A DNA stretch of 64,000 nt, from contig JAGWPU010000075.1 in assembly GCA_028870355.1 (NCBI GenBank), positions 2,350 to 66,349 on the forward strand, given 5' to 3'. Position 1 is the first letter of the stretch. Every line of letters starts with the position of its first letter. Under the pieces are notes generated by a model that did no database searches, was not told the origin of the DNA, and saw nothing but the letters and a program-made list of their open reading frames with translations. A program made the translations under genes and the position numbers. Positions 36,711 through 46,323 of the stretch are shown in pieces. This stretch comes from Gammaproteobacteria bacterium (GTDB lineage Bacteria; Pseudomonadota; Gammaproteobacteria; Steroidobacterales; Steroidobacteraceae).

Positions 36711-39338
36711 TCAGAACTTCTGACCGAACTTGAGCTCGTAGGTCCGCGGCTGCATCGGCATGATGTACGGCTGGTTGCAGGTCACCGGCGTACAGGCCGC
36801 GAACGTCCCGAGCTGCGCATGCGTGTCGAACGCATTCGAGATCGTGAAGTCCACGTGCAGATTGTCGCGGGTGAATCCGGCCGAGAGGTTCACGATGCTG
36901 TACGGCGGCAGCTCGCTCAGGTGCTGCTGGCCGTTCGGCCCCGGCGTATAGAACACCGGATACAGCAACGGCACCGACGCATCCTGATAGAGGTAGGCCG
37001 CCTGGCCGTAGCCGTTCCACTTCCCGAACGGGAAGTTGTAGCGCGCGACCAGGTTCGCCTTCACCCGCGGAACGACCGGCAGGCGGTCTCCGGCCGACGC
37101 GAGCGGTCCGGTCGTCACCGTGCCGTCCGCGTACGGGCCGTTCACTTGGTTCGGACAACTGGTCTCGAGCTGGGTCTGGCTTCCCGGAACCAGGGTGCCG
37201 CAGAAATTCTGCGTGAGCTTCGCGTCGAGGAACGTCGCGCTGGTGCTGAAGAACCAGCCGTGCCCGGCGAGCCACTCGGCGTCGGTCTCGATGCCCTTGA
37301 TCTGCGCGGAGGCCGCGTTCTGCACGACGGTCACGCTGTTCGGCCCGAGGAACGAGAACTGGAAGTTGTTCCAATCCTCGAGGTAGGCCGCCCCGTTCCA
37401 CCGCAAGGTGTTGCCCAGCCACTGGGTCTTCCAGCCGAACTCGTAGTTCGTCAGCGTATCGGGCTGATACGGCGGGTAGATCGCGTGGATCGCCGCATCG
37501 TAGACGCGGTTCGCGCCACCGGGACGATAGCCGGTCGAATACGTGAAGTAGACCAGGTGGTTCGTGTCGAACTTGTAGGTCAGCGTCGCCCGCCAGGTAT
37601 GACCGCTCCCCGACGTGCCCGCGTTGAGGTCCGTGCACGGGGCGAAATGGAACGGCGCATAGCTCGTGCTCGGCGTACCGCCGACCGGCCCGCAGGCCAG
37701 CATGCCCGAATGGTATCCGGTATTCGCCTGATAGGCGGCCGAATAGCCGTAAAAGCCTTGCAACGAATTGTCGTACCGGTAGAACCGCACACCGTCGGTC
37801 GTCGACCAGTGCTTGGTGATGTCCCAGGTCGCCTGGCCGAAGATCGCCTGGTCGCGGTCGACCCGCTCCTCGTCGGTCAACCAGATCGTGTTGTTCTGCA
37901 GCCCCGGCATCGACAGGCTCTGCGCGAGACCCTGCGTGTTGTACGCGTACGGATTGCCGTTCAGGCCCGGCACCACGTAGTCCTGCCAGATCTCGTGCAC
38001 CTGCCGCTCCGCGAACACGCCGACCGTGCCGTGAACCGGCAGGTCTTGCGGCGTCGAGACCCGCAACTCGTTGCTCCACTTGGTGAAATGGCCGCGATTG
38101 ATCGTGAATTCCTGCGGCATGACCGGCTGGTTGGCGTTGTTGACCCAGTAGTGACCCGACCCATAGTACTTGTCGTAGAAATACGAGTAGTCGGAGTAAT
38201 CGGCGATCGAGTGCTGGTTGCGCGCGAACCACCCCCCCGCATAGGTGATGTCGAAATCATGCACCTTGCCCTCGATCGTCAAGGTGCTCAACGAGAACGA
38301 ATCCTGGGTGTTCTCCGGACCGAAATGCGTGACCTTGAGGTACCCCACCGCGGGGTCGTAGCTGAAGAAGCCGTTCGCGCCCATCGTCTGGCCCATCACC
38401 ATCGGGGTCACGGTCCAGTCGTCGCCGATCTTGAAGCGCATCGTCGCCCGGCCGCCCTTGGTGCCGACCGTGTTGTAGTCGCTGTTGACGGACGATTGAT
38501 TGCTCAGGGTCTGCCCGGTCGCTCCGGTCCAGGTCCGGAAACTACGCTGACCGTTCACGATGCCGGCGTTGACGTTCGTGCCGGCGACATTGCTGATGAA
38601 GCCGGGGTCGTGTTCGTCCCAGCCGACCAGGCGCACGGCCGCGGTATCCGACAACGGCAGGTTCACGTAGCCTTCCGCCTCCCAGCCGACACCGCCGTGG
38701 TAGATCGAGGTGACGCCGACGTCGTAGGACCCGGAGAACTTCGAGGGATCCGGTTTGTTGGTGATGATGCGGATCGTGCCGGCCTCGGAACTCGATCCGT
38801 ACAGGGTCCCCTGCGGGCCCTCCAGCACCTCGATGCGGGCGATGTCGTACATATGCAGATCGACGGTGCCGTCGATCGTCGTGACCGGCATCTCATCGAG
38901 GTAGGTCGCGACGCTCGGCTGCGAGGCCGAGTGGTTGCCGTCCTGGCCGCTGACCACGCCACGCATGTACACGTGCGTCGCGCCGATGCCGTTGCCGCCC
39001 TGGCCGATGCTCTTCACCTCGGTCACGCCCGGCAGGTACGCGACGTAGTCGTCGAGGTTCACGATGTTGAGCTGCTGCAACCTCTTCGTGCCGATCGCCT
39101 CCATGCTGATCGGAATGCTCTGCATGTTCTCGGCGACCTTGGTCGCGGTCACGATCACCGCACGCAGCGTATCGGTCGTATCGCTCGCTGCGGCCTGTGC
39201 GTGAACGGCAACCGGCGCCGCCCCGGCGAGGATCGCGGAGATCGCGGTCGCGAGCGGCAACACCCGTCCGCCGCGGACGCGGGGTGCTCCGTCACGACGC
39301 CATCCGCCCAACGGTCCTGGTTCTCTTCGGTTTCTCAC
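36711..39338 (-). CDS. TonB-dependent outer-membrane receptor (pair 2)
   Basis: Full ORF, 875 aa. Signal peptide ends PVAVHAQAA. VIVTATKVAENMQSIPIS, RIEVLEGPQGTLYGSS and IRIITNKP. Ends KFGQKF-stop. The ATG overlaps the sulfotransferase stop (ATGA). Confidence 0.9.
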   Translation of the reverse strand: MRNRREPGPLGGWRRDGAPRVRGGRVLPLATAISAILAGAAPVAVHAQAAASDTTDTLRAVIVTATKVAENMQSIPISMEAIGTKRLQQLNIVNLDDYVAYLPGVTEVKSIGQGGNGIGATHVYMRGVVSGQDGNHSASQPSVATYLDEMPVTTIDGTVDLHMYDIARIEVLEGPQGTLYGSSSEAGTIRIITNKPDPSKFSGSYDVGVTSIYHGGVGWEAEGYVNLPLSDTAAVRLVGWDEHDPGFISNVAGTNVNAGIVNGQRSFRTWTGATGQTLSNQSSVNSDYNTVGTKGGRATMRFKIGDDWTVTPMVMGQTMGANGFFSYDPAVGYLKVTHFGPENTQDSFSLSTLTIEGKVHDFDITYAGGWFARNQHSIADYSDYSYFYDKYYGSGHYWVNNANQPVMPQEFTINRGHFTKWSNELRVSTPQDLPVHGTVGVFAERQVHEIWQDYVVPGLNGNPYAYNTQGLAQSLSMPGLQNNTIWLTDEERVDRDQAIFGQATWDITKHWSTTDGVRFYRYDNSLQGFYGYSAAYQANTGYHSGMLACGPVGGTPSTSYAPFHFAPCTDLNAGTSGSGHTWRATLTYKFDTNHLVYFTYSTGYRPGGANRVYDAAIHAIYPPYQPDTLTNYEFGWKTQWLGNTLRWNGAAYLEDWNNFQFSFLGPNSVTVVQNAASAQIKGIETDAEWLAGHGWFFSTSATFLDAKLTQNFCGTLVPGSQTQLETSCPNQVNGPYADGTVTTGPLASAGDRLPVVPRVKANLVARYNFPFGKWNGYGQAAYLYQDASVPLLYPVFYTPGPNGQQHLSELPPYSIVNLSAGFTRDNLHVDFTISNAFDTHAQLGTFAACTPVTCNQPYIMPMQPRTYELKFGQKF

Positions 39339-41401
39339 TGTTCTCTCCCCTGGTCGTCAGTTGCAAATGGGTAGGTCGGATTCGCGGCGACTGCCTCGCC
39401 CAGCGCGGCGCGCAAGGGCTCGAGCCCGAATTCGTAGCGGCGCCAGCGATCGACGCCGTCGCGATTGATCGGCCGGCGCACCTGCTCGGAGCTCGCGGTG
39501 CGCACCGGACGAGCGTTCTCGTGGAAGCGCAGGCAGGCTGCCTCGAACGGCAGGCCGCAAAATTCGAGGAGGCGGCGCACTTCGCGCTCGGTGTCCGAGA
39601 TCATGCGCTCGTAGATCACCCGGTGCACGCGCCCCGGCAACACGGCGTCGACGTGCGCCATCCACTCGACGTAGTCCCGGTAGTAGCGGCCGATGTCCTC
39701 GAGCGAGTACGCGAAGCTCTGGCCGCGCGCGAAGTGCTGCGTGAAGATCGACGTGCCGCAGTCGAGCGGATGGCGGCGCGCGTCGATGATCTTCGCGTTC
39801 GGCAACGTGAGCTGGATCAGGCCGACGTAGAACCAGTTGTTCGGCATCTTGTCGACGAAGAACGGGGCGTTGGTGCGCCGCTGCACCCGGACCGATGCCA
39901 GATACCGCTCGCCGAGTTCGCGCGCCTGCGCCTCCGTCAGGCGCTCGAGCGCCTGCGCGAACCCCCCCGTCTCCGCATCCGCTGACGACGCCGTCACGAG
40001 TTCGTTCGCGAGCCGCGGCAGATCGGGCAGTTCCATCGTGCCCTCGACCAGCGAGTGGCTCGAGAGGATCTGCTCGACCAGGGTCGAACCCGACCGTGGC
40101 AATCCGACGATGAAGATCGGATCGGCTGCGGGGGCGCCCCAGCCCCGGCGGACCTCGAAGAACGCGCGGGTCTGCACCGCGATCGAGCGCGCGACGAAGC
40201 GGGACGTGTCGTCGGCGAAGTAGGGATGCAGCTTCTTGCGCTGCGCGTTGCCCGCCACGAAGTGCGCGAACGCCTCGGTGAAATCGCCGGCGTCCTCGAG
40301 CGCCTTGCCGAGCGCGAATTCGACGTGCAAGCGATCCTCGTCGGCGAGATCCGCGCGGTCGAGCGCCGCACGCATCGCGGCGATGTCCGCAGCGGCGAAC
40401 CGGAAGGTCTTCAGGTTCGCGAGACTCCAATAGGCCTCGCCGAACGTCGGCGCGAGTGCGATCGCGCGGCGATACGCCCTGACGCCCTCCTCGAAACGAC
40501 CCGTGGTCCTGAGCGCGTGGCCGTAGCTCGCCCAGATCTTCGGCTGCCGCGGGAACTCGGCGAGTACGCCGCCGTAGATCGCGATCGTCCGCTCGAAGTC
40601 CCCGAGATTCGCGAAAGTCGCCGCCTGCAGGTTGCGGTAGGACGGATTGCGGGGGTCACGTTCGAGGAGACGCTCGATCTCGGGCAAGGCGTCCGCACCG
40701 CGTCCTTGCCGATTCAGCAAGACCGCCCGTTGGTACCGGGCCGCGTCGAAGCTCGGCGCGAGTTCGAGACAGCGCACGAGCAGGGACTCCGCGTCGGCGA
40801 AGCGGCGCAGTCGTGCGGCGACCTCCGCGAGCATGCGCAGCGCCGCGACATCGGTCGGCTGTGCGCCGAGGTGCTCCCGAAGGACCGCGTCCGCGCGCGG
40901 CAGGTCGTTTGCGATCAGCGCATCGGCGGCCGCGCGCAGACGCGGATCGCGCGTCGCCGCTTTCACCGCCCGAACGCGGGCCTCGTCGGCCTCGGCCGCG
41001 TCGCCGCGCAGATCGTGTTGATCGGCGAGCAGCCGCCACGCATCCGGCGAATCCGGCGCGATCCCGAGCGCGTGCCGCAGACTCGCGATCGCCTCGTCCA
41101 CGTGGCCAGCCGCCGACCGCGCGGCCGCGAGTTCGAGGTGCACGCGTGCCGCGGCCGGTTGCTCCTTCGCGAGCGGTTCGAGGATCGCGAGGGCCGCCTC
41201 GGTGCGTCCCGCACGCCGGTGCGCGGCCCCCTGGATCACCCGTGCCTGAGGATGCCCGGGATACGCGCGAATCACTTCGTCGGCCTGACGCAGCGCGAGG
41301 TCCGGATCACGGTCGAGCAGCCGCACCGCGTGCGTCAGGGCGACGTCCGCGGTCGCGACCGGCGTGCCGCCGGCCTGATTCAGATCCGATTGCGCTGCCA
41401 C
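39335..41401 (-). CDS. TPR-repeat protein with C-terminal PAPS-type sulfotransferase domain (pair 2)
   Basis: Full ORF, 688 aa, GTG start. Same architecture as 8411..10459: GLPRSGSTLVEQILSSHS, VDKMPNNW, IDARRHPLDCGTS and VRTASSEQVRRPIN. Confidence 0.85.
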   Translation of the reverse strand: MAAQSDLNQAGGTPVATADVALTHAVRLLDRDPDLALRQADEVIRAYPGHPQARVIQGAAHRRAGRTEAALAILEPLAKEQPAAARVHLELAAARSAAGHVDEAIASLRHALGIAPDSPDAWRLLADQHDLRGDAAEADEARVRAVKAATRDPRLRAAADALIANDLPRADAVLREHLGAQPTDVAALRMLAEVAARLRRFADAESLLVRCLELAPSFDAARYQRAVLLNRQGRGADALPEIERLLERDPRNPSYRNLQAATFANLGDFERTIAIYGGVLAEFPRQPKIWASYGHALRTTGRFEEGVRAYRRAIALAPTFGEAYWSLANLKTFRFAAADIAAMRAALDRADLADEDRLHVEFALGKALEDAGDFTEAFAHFVAGNAQRKKLHPYFADDTSRFVARSIAVQTRAFFEVRRGWGAPAADPIFIVGLPRSGSTLVEQILSSHSLVEGTMELPDLPRLANELVTASSADAETGGFAQALERLTEAQARELGERYLASVRVQRRTNAPFFVDKMPNNWFYVGLIQLTLPNAKIIDARRHPLDCGTSIFTQHFARGQSFAYSLEDIGRYYRDYVEWMAHVDAVLPGRVHRVIYERMISDTEREVRRLLEFCGLPFEAACLRFHENARPVRTASSEQVRRPINRDGVDRWRRYEFGLEPLRAALGEAVAANPTYPFATDDQGREQ

Positions 41402-41476
41402 GAGAACGGTGTTCTTCGAATGTTCCAGCCGATGACCTTCCCCCGGAAGGCTCCCATCTGAGCCGTTATCGCGATA

Positions 41477-41484
41477 CTTGTCAA
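41477..41484 (-). promoter_or_regulatory. TTGACAAG (perfect -35 hexamer) about 78 nt upstream of sulfotransferase 2
   Basis: Read on the minus strand. A weak -10 (TCAGAT) follows after 17 nt. The same octamer occurs at 62578..62585. Confidence 0.2.
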
Positions 41485-41586
41485 CGCCGGCGTTGCGCTA
41501 CGCCAACGTGGGACATACCGTTCGAAGCAATGAACCCATCTCCTGCGTTGCTCATGCGAGACAGTCGCCTCCGGGCGACCGCCCCC

Positions 41587-43221
41587 TCAGGCGCGGCGTA
41601 GATAGCGATCGAGCACATTCGCGGTCACCCGGGCGGCCATCGGATCGCCGCGCCGCAGGGCGGCGACCCATTCACAACTGCCCGCATGGAACACCTCGCC
41701 CGCACCGCGCGCGAAGTGCACGATCATCCCGGCGCCGCGCTTCACCCGGGCGATCCCCGCTTCGCCAGGATCGCCATAACGCAGTGCTGCGACGTATTGC
41801 GCCTCTTCGTCGCCGATGAACCGGTCGTCGACCGCCGCCCCGGGCACCGGTTCTTCGCGCAGCGAGGACAGGCCGAGCGCGAGGATCGACAAGCCCTCCG
41901 GTGCGCCGCCCTGGGGCAACGCCTCCGGCAACCCGTCCCGGATCACGTACGGCAGTCCGTCGACTTCGTACCCGAACGCGTGCCCCTCGGCGCCGAGCAG
42001 ATCGCCGTACGCGAGGCCCGTGCCGGCGAACGCCCAGTGCTCCGGCCGATAGATCGGGAATCCGCGCACACCGCGCGCCGCACACGCGCCCCAACCGGCG
42101 TACAGGCCGTCGATCGCATTCAATCCGAACGTCGCCGCCCCGGGTCGGCCGGTCTCCGGCGCCTCCCAGGAGCCCGTCGTTCGGCGGGGGTCGCCCGATC
42201 GGTGGACCGGATCCTCCGCGCGCGCACGGTACTTGTAGCAGACCTGTTGCCGGCCACCGCGATCGAGGCGGGTCTGCCACATGAAGTTGCCGGCGAACCG
42301 CGCGATCCGCCCGCCGCCGTCGACGTAGGCGTCGATCGCATCGCGCATCTCCCAGCTCCAGTACTCGTCGTGACCGACCATCACGATGCAGTCGTAACCG
42401 GCGAGGACCTGCGGCTCGAACTGCAGCTCGTGCTGGCTGACGAGATCGACCGGGTATCCCGCACGCTCCGCCCAACGCAGGAAGTGCGAGTCGTAGCTCG
42501 CCCATCCCGCCGAGGCATACTTGTTCGAGTGACCGGTCGCGTAGGCCCATTCGAGGTGCGGATAGCGCGGTGCGGCACCGGGCGGGACCGCAAACTCGAC
42601 CGGGACCCGCGGCGCATCCGCGGGCAGCACGACGAAGCCGCGGCACCAGGGGCGCTCGATGCTGACGACCGGCGAGTACTGATTGCGCTGCGGACCGGTG
42701 AGGCCGCGGTAGTGGCTCGAGCCGCCCCAGGTGTTGTACGCGGTCCAGGTCCCGGTCGCGGCGATCTGCAGCACCCGACCCGGCCGGCGGCCGGGTCGCG
42801 GCTTCACGATGAAGAGATGGTGAGCGCGCAGCGTCTCGCCGCCGCGTCCCTCGGCGCTCAAGGTCACCCGGTACGCGCCCGAAGGCCAATCGGCGCCGAC
42901 CGGGAACTCGAACGCCGTCGCCCAGCCACACCCCTCGATGGAGCACTGCGCCGGCGTCGACTGCCAGCGCAGCCCGGACACCGTACGCTTCAGCACCACC
43001 ACGCAGTCGGCGCCGTCGCGAGCGATCTCGATCTCGGCGCGCGCGGCCGTCGAACTGATCTGCAAGCGCACGATCGAACCCGGCGCGTAGGCGAACGCAT
43101 CGCTGTAGCACCACAGCTCGCCGCGCTCGCCGTCCATTCCCGGGTACTCGTAGCGGTGCGCGAACACCGCCTCGCGCCGTTGCGCGACGCTCAATCCGAA
43201 ATCAGGGTAATCCACGCTCAT
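41587..43221 (-). CDS. N,N-dimethylformamidase large-subunit-like protein (family of uncertain function)
   Basis: Full ORF, 544 aa. Recognised from the block CIVMVGHDEYWSWEMRDAIDAYVDGGGRIARFAGNFMWQTR, which I associate with DmfA2-like proteins. The call is from memory only. Confidence 0.55.
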   Translation of the reverse strand: MSVDYPDFGLSVAQRREAVFAHRYEYPGMDGERGELWCYSDAFAYAPGSIVRLQISSTAARAEIEIARDGADCVVVLKRTVSGLRWQSTPAQCSIEGCGWATAFEFPVGADWPSGAYRVTLSAEGRGGETLRAHHLFIVKPRPGRRPGRVLQIAATGTWTAYNTWGGSSHYRGLTGPQRNQYSPVVSIERPWCRGFVVLPADAPRVPVEFAVPPGAAPRYPHLEWAYATGHSNKYASAGWASYDSHFLRWAERAGYPVDLVSQHELQFEPQVLAGYDCIVMVGHDEYWSWEMRDAIDAYVDGGGRIARFAGNFMWQTRLDRGGRQQVCYKYRARAEDPVHRSGDPRRTTGSWEAPETGRPGAATFGLNAIDGLYAGWGACAARGVRGFPIYRPEHWAFAGTGLAYGDLLGAEGHAFGYEVDGLPYVIRDGLPEALPQGGAPEGLSILALGLSSLREEPVPGAAVDDRFIGDEEAQYVAALRYGDPGEAGIARVKRGAGMIVHFARGAGEVFHAGSCEWVAALRRGDPMAARVTANVLDRYLRRA

Positions 43222-43339
43222 GCGCGCTCCCGCTCCCGCACGGGCACCGCCGGGCGACGGTTGCCAATGAAGTGCATTTGTGTTCTCGTGGGGGCACTTC
43301 GCGCTCGTCGCGCCCCCGTTGGACGATCATCGCACGATC

Positions 43340-44740
43340 ATGCAAGCGCAACCAGGCACGCGGGCAGGCGGCATCGAACGACACACGATCTTCCCGATTC
43401 CGCTCGACCAGCGGCACGGCAAGGCGCGTCAGCTGTTCTCGCTGTGGTTCGGCGCGAACCTGAACGTGCTCACGGTCGTTACCGGCGCGCTCGCGACGAC
43501 CGTGTTCCGCCAATCGTTCCTGTCGGGCACCCTCGCGATCGTGCTCGGCAACTTGATCGGCACGGTGTTCATGGCGCTGCACGCGGCGCAGGGCCCGCGG
43601 CTCGGGGTGCCGCAGATGGTGCAGAGCCGCGGTCAATTCGGCGCACGGGGCGCGGCATTCGTCGTCGCGCTGGTGATCTTCATGTACGTCGGCTACGCGG
43701 CGACCGCGCTGGTGACCGGCGGACAGTCCCTGCACGCGATCCTGCCGTCGGTCAGCGTGCGCAGCGGCCTGATCGCGATCGGCGCGCTGAGTCTCGCGGC
43801 CGCGATCTACGGACACGACCTGATCCACGCGGGCACTCGCGTGATCGCCTACGTGTCCGGCGCGGCGGTCGCGCTGTGCTACGCCGGCCTCGCGCTCGCG
43901 CACCGGCTGCCGGCGTCCTATCTGAGCGGCGGCTCGTTCTCGATCGTCGGCTTCGTCGGGATGCTGTCGATCGCGGCCTTCTGGCAGCTCTCGTACGCGC
44001 CGTACGTGTCCGACTACTCGCGTTACCTGCCGCCCGACACCGGCCCCCGGCAGGCGTTCTGGGCGTGTTACTGGGGCACCACGCTCGGCGCGGTGCTCCC
44101 GATGGTCTTCGGCGCGTTGATCGGACCGGCGGTCGCCGGTGGCGACGTCGTCGCCGCGATCTCCGCGCTGACCGGGCGCGCGAGCACGCCGATCGTGCTG
44201 TTGTTCGCGCCGGGTGTCGCGGTCGCCGGCGCGATCTGCATCTACGGCGGGACGCTCGCGGTGATCACGCTCGCGCAGACCTTTGCGCCCGGATGGCGGG
44301 CGGATGCGCGCGCGCGGGCCCCGATCGCGACGGCCATCTTCGTCGCGGCGGTCGCGCTCGGCACCGTCGGCGCGACCCATTTCCTGCCGCTGTACAGCCG
44401 CTTCAATGAACTGCTCCTGTATCTGATGGTGCCGTGGACCGCGGTGAATCTCGTCGATTACTGCGGGGTGCAGTTCGGCGACTACGACGTGGCGTCGTTC
44501 TTCGCGGCCGACGGGGGCGTCTACGGGCGCTACAACGTCGCGGCGATCGTCTGCTACGCGATCGGCATCCTGGTGCAGATCCCGTTCATCGCCGCCGATT
44601 TCTACGTCGGTCCCGCGGCGCACGCGCTCGGCGGGATCGACCTGTCCTGGTTCGTGGGTCTCGCGGTCGTCGCGGGCGCGTACTATCTCAGCGCGCCACG
44701 CCACGCAGTCCGGCTCGCGGGCGCGCGCGATCCGGGCTGA
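43340..44740 (+). CDS. NCS1-family (purine-cytosine/CodB-like) permease
   Basis: Starts at Met21 of ORF 43280..44740. IERHTIFPIPLDQRHGKARQLFSLWFGANLN and GPRLGVPQMVQSRGQFG are typical of cytosine/purine permeases. About 12 TM segments. Confidence 0.8.
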   Translation: MQAQPGTRAGGIERHTIFPIPLDQRHGKARQLFSLWFGANLNVLTVVTGALATTVFRQSFLSGTLAIVLGNLIGTVFMALHAAQGPRLGVPQMVQSRGQFGARGAAFVVALVIFMYVGYAATALVTGGQSLHAILPSVSVRSGLIAIGALSLAAAIYGHDLIHAGTRVIAYVSGAAVALCYAGLALAHRLPASYLSGGSFSIVGFVGMLSIAAFWQLSYAPYVSDYSRYLPPDTGPRQAFWACYWGTTLGAVLPMVFGALIGPAVAGGDVVAAISALTGRASTPIVLLFAPGVAVAGAICIYGGTLAVITLAQTFAPGWRADARARAPIATAIFVAAVALGTVGATHFLPLYSRFNELLLYLMVPWTAVNLVDYCGVQFGDYDVASFFAADGGVYGRYNVAAIVCYAIGILVQIPFIAADFYVGPAAHALGGIDLSWFVGLAVVAGAYYLSAPRHAVRLAGARDPG

Positions 44741-44830
44741 CGAGCCCTTCGCAGACTGGGTCTGCGCCCCGGTTCGCCGCCGCGTATACTCCAGGCGGGG
44801 AGCGACCCGGACAAACTCTCGAGGCATCGG

Positions 44831-45718
44831 ATGGGCTTCGCACGACTCGCGCTGTTCGCAGTGCTCGGCATCGTCGATCTGGCGTTCGTCGTGGCTTGGG
44901 CACGAGCCGTCAAACGCACGAACCGGACGAGCGAGCGGCCCGACGCCGGCGATCTGGCGACCGGCCTGCTGACCGATTTCCTCGATGCGCTCGGCATCGG
45001 CTCGTTCGCACCGACCACCGCGATCTTCAAGTTCCGCGGCAAGCCGGCCGACGAATTGATCCCTGGCACGCTCAACATCGGCCACAACGTCGCCGCGTTC
45101 ACCGAGACCGTGCTGTTCGTGACTGCGATCGCGGTCGATCCGGGCTTGCTCACCGCGATGATCGCGAGCGCGGTCGCGGGCGCCTGGATCGGCGCGGGCA
45201 TCGTGAGCCACCTGCCCCGCCGCGCGATCCAGGTGTGGATGGGAACGGCATTGCTGATCGCCGCGGCGTTCTTCGCGATGAGCAACCTGTCGCTGTTTCC
45301 GGCGGGCGGCACCGCGATGGCGCTGCACGGCTGGCGATTCGAGGTCGCGGTCGGCGCCAATTTCATTTATGGCGCGTTGATGAGCGTCGGCATCGGGCTC
45401 TACGCCCCGTGCATGATCACGCTCGCGCTGCTCGGCCTGAACCCGCTCGGCGCGTTCCCGATCATGATGGGAGCCTGCGGGCTCGTGCAGCCGGTCGCCA
45501 GTTTCCGGTTCTTTCAGACGGGACGCTTCTCCCACGGCACGTCGCTCGGGATCGCGCTCGGCGGGTTCTTCGGCGTGCTCGTCGCGGTCTACGTCGTCCG
45601 CAGCCTGCCGTTGCATGCGCTGCGCTGGTTGGTCGCACTCGTCGTGACCTACGCGGCGATCGCGATGCTGCGCTCGGCGCGCGCGAGTCGAGCGGTGCCT
45701 GCGGCCGCGACCCGGTGA
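44831..45718 (+). CDS. TauE/SafE (TSUP) family anion exporter
   Basis: Full ORF, 295 aa, polytopic, with an internally repeated 4-TM organisation and Gly-rich helices typical of the family. Confidence 0.7.
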   Translation: MGFARLALFAVLGIVDLAFVVAWARAVKRTNRTSERPDAGDLATGLLTDFLDALGIGSFAPTTAIFKFRGKPADELIPGTLNIGHNVAAFTETVLFVTAIAVDPGLLTAMIASAVAGAWIGAGIVSHLPRRAIQVWMGTALLIAAAFFAMSNLSLFPAGGTAMALHGWRFEVAVGANFIYGALMSVGIGLYAPCMITLALLGLNPLGAFPIMMGACGLVQPVASFRFFQTGRFSHGTSLGIALGGFFGVLVAVYVVRSLPLHALRWLVALVVTYAAIAMLRSARASRAVPAAATR

Positions 45719-45748
45719 GCACGCGCGGCCGGCGAGCGCGCGCGGTCC

Positions 45749-46303
45749 TCATTTGAGGTAATAGCCGACCACCCGCCAGGCGCCGGCCGAATCCTCCATC
45801 AGCGTGAGCGTCTCGCTCGCCGTGCGACGGTGCACGAACCGACTGGCGTAGTAGACGACCACGTAGTGCCCGTAGGGCGCACCGGGCAGATACGTCGTCT
45901 CGTACGCCGATTCCAGCGTGCGCGCGACCAGCGCGCCGGTGAGCAGGCGCACCCGGGCGATCGAGGTGAGCCACTTCGCCTCGGCGACCGTCGCATGCAG
46001 GTAGCTTCCCGTGGCATTCCACGCCGGCACCCACTGGGCCGTATCGATCAGCGGGAGCCACGCGGACGCCACCGCTTCCGCGGCCTTGATCGGCGCCGTC
46101 ACCTTCGCCGCCGCGACCGAGTGCGTCGCCACCGGGGACTTCGCCGTGGCGGGAGGATTCGCCGTACCGGTGGGTTTCGCCACGACCGGTGTCGCGGCGA
46201 GCGCCGTCGTGCCGACGCTCGCGAGCACGAGCACCCCGAGCCTTCCACCGATCCCGCGCCACCGCGGCGCCGCGCACGCCGCCGCCTCACCCCGTGTTCG
46301 CAT
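45749..46303 (-). CDS. DUF4019-like exported protein
   Basis: Last 184 codons of ORF 45749..47194. GGAGG lies upstream of ATG 46303. It has a signal peptide. The C-terminal pattern YLPGAPYGHYVVVYY...SETLTLMEDSAGAWRVVGYYLK matches my recollection of DUF4019. Confidence 0.6.
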   Translation of the reverse strand: MRTRGEAAACAAPRWRGIGGRLGVLVLASVGTTALAATPVVAKPTGTANPPATAKSPVATHSVAAAKVTAPIKAAEAVASAWLPLIDTAQWVPAWNATGSYLHATVAEAKWLTSIARVRLLTGALVARTLESAYETTYLPGAPYGHYVVVYYASRFVHRRTASETLTLMEDSAGAWRVVGYYLK

Positions 46304-46323
46304 CGCCCACCTCCTGCCCCTCG

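Noticed and set aside
36819-39374. 851-aa plus-strand ORF, and the analogous 59978..62548 (856 aa)
   Set aside because: These are mirror-frame ORFs opposite TBDR2 and TBDR3. The receptor frames carry the plug motifs and C-terminal beta-signals, and the mirror frames carry nothing recognisable.
44785-44790. TATACT -10-like hexamer upstream of the TauE gene
   Set aside because: It is plausibly placed, 41 nt before the ATG, but it has no acceptable -35 or extended -10. That is too weak to report as a feature.
41686-45616. Long ORFs 41686..44409 (+, 907 aa) and 43202..45616 (-, 804 aa)
   Set aside because: Both lie antisense to well-supported genes (the dimethylformamidase-like gene, the NCS1 permease and TauE). 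Their composition is dominated by Arg, Asp, Gly and Pro.
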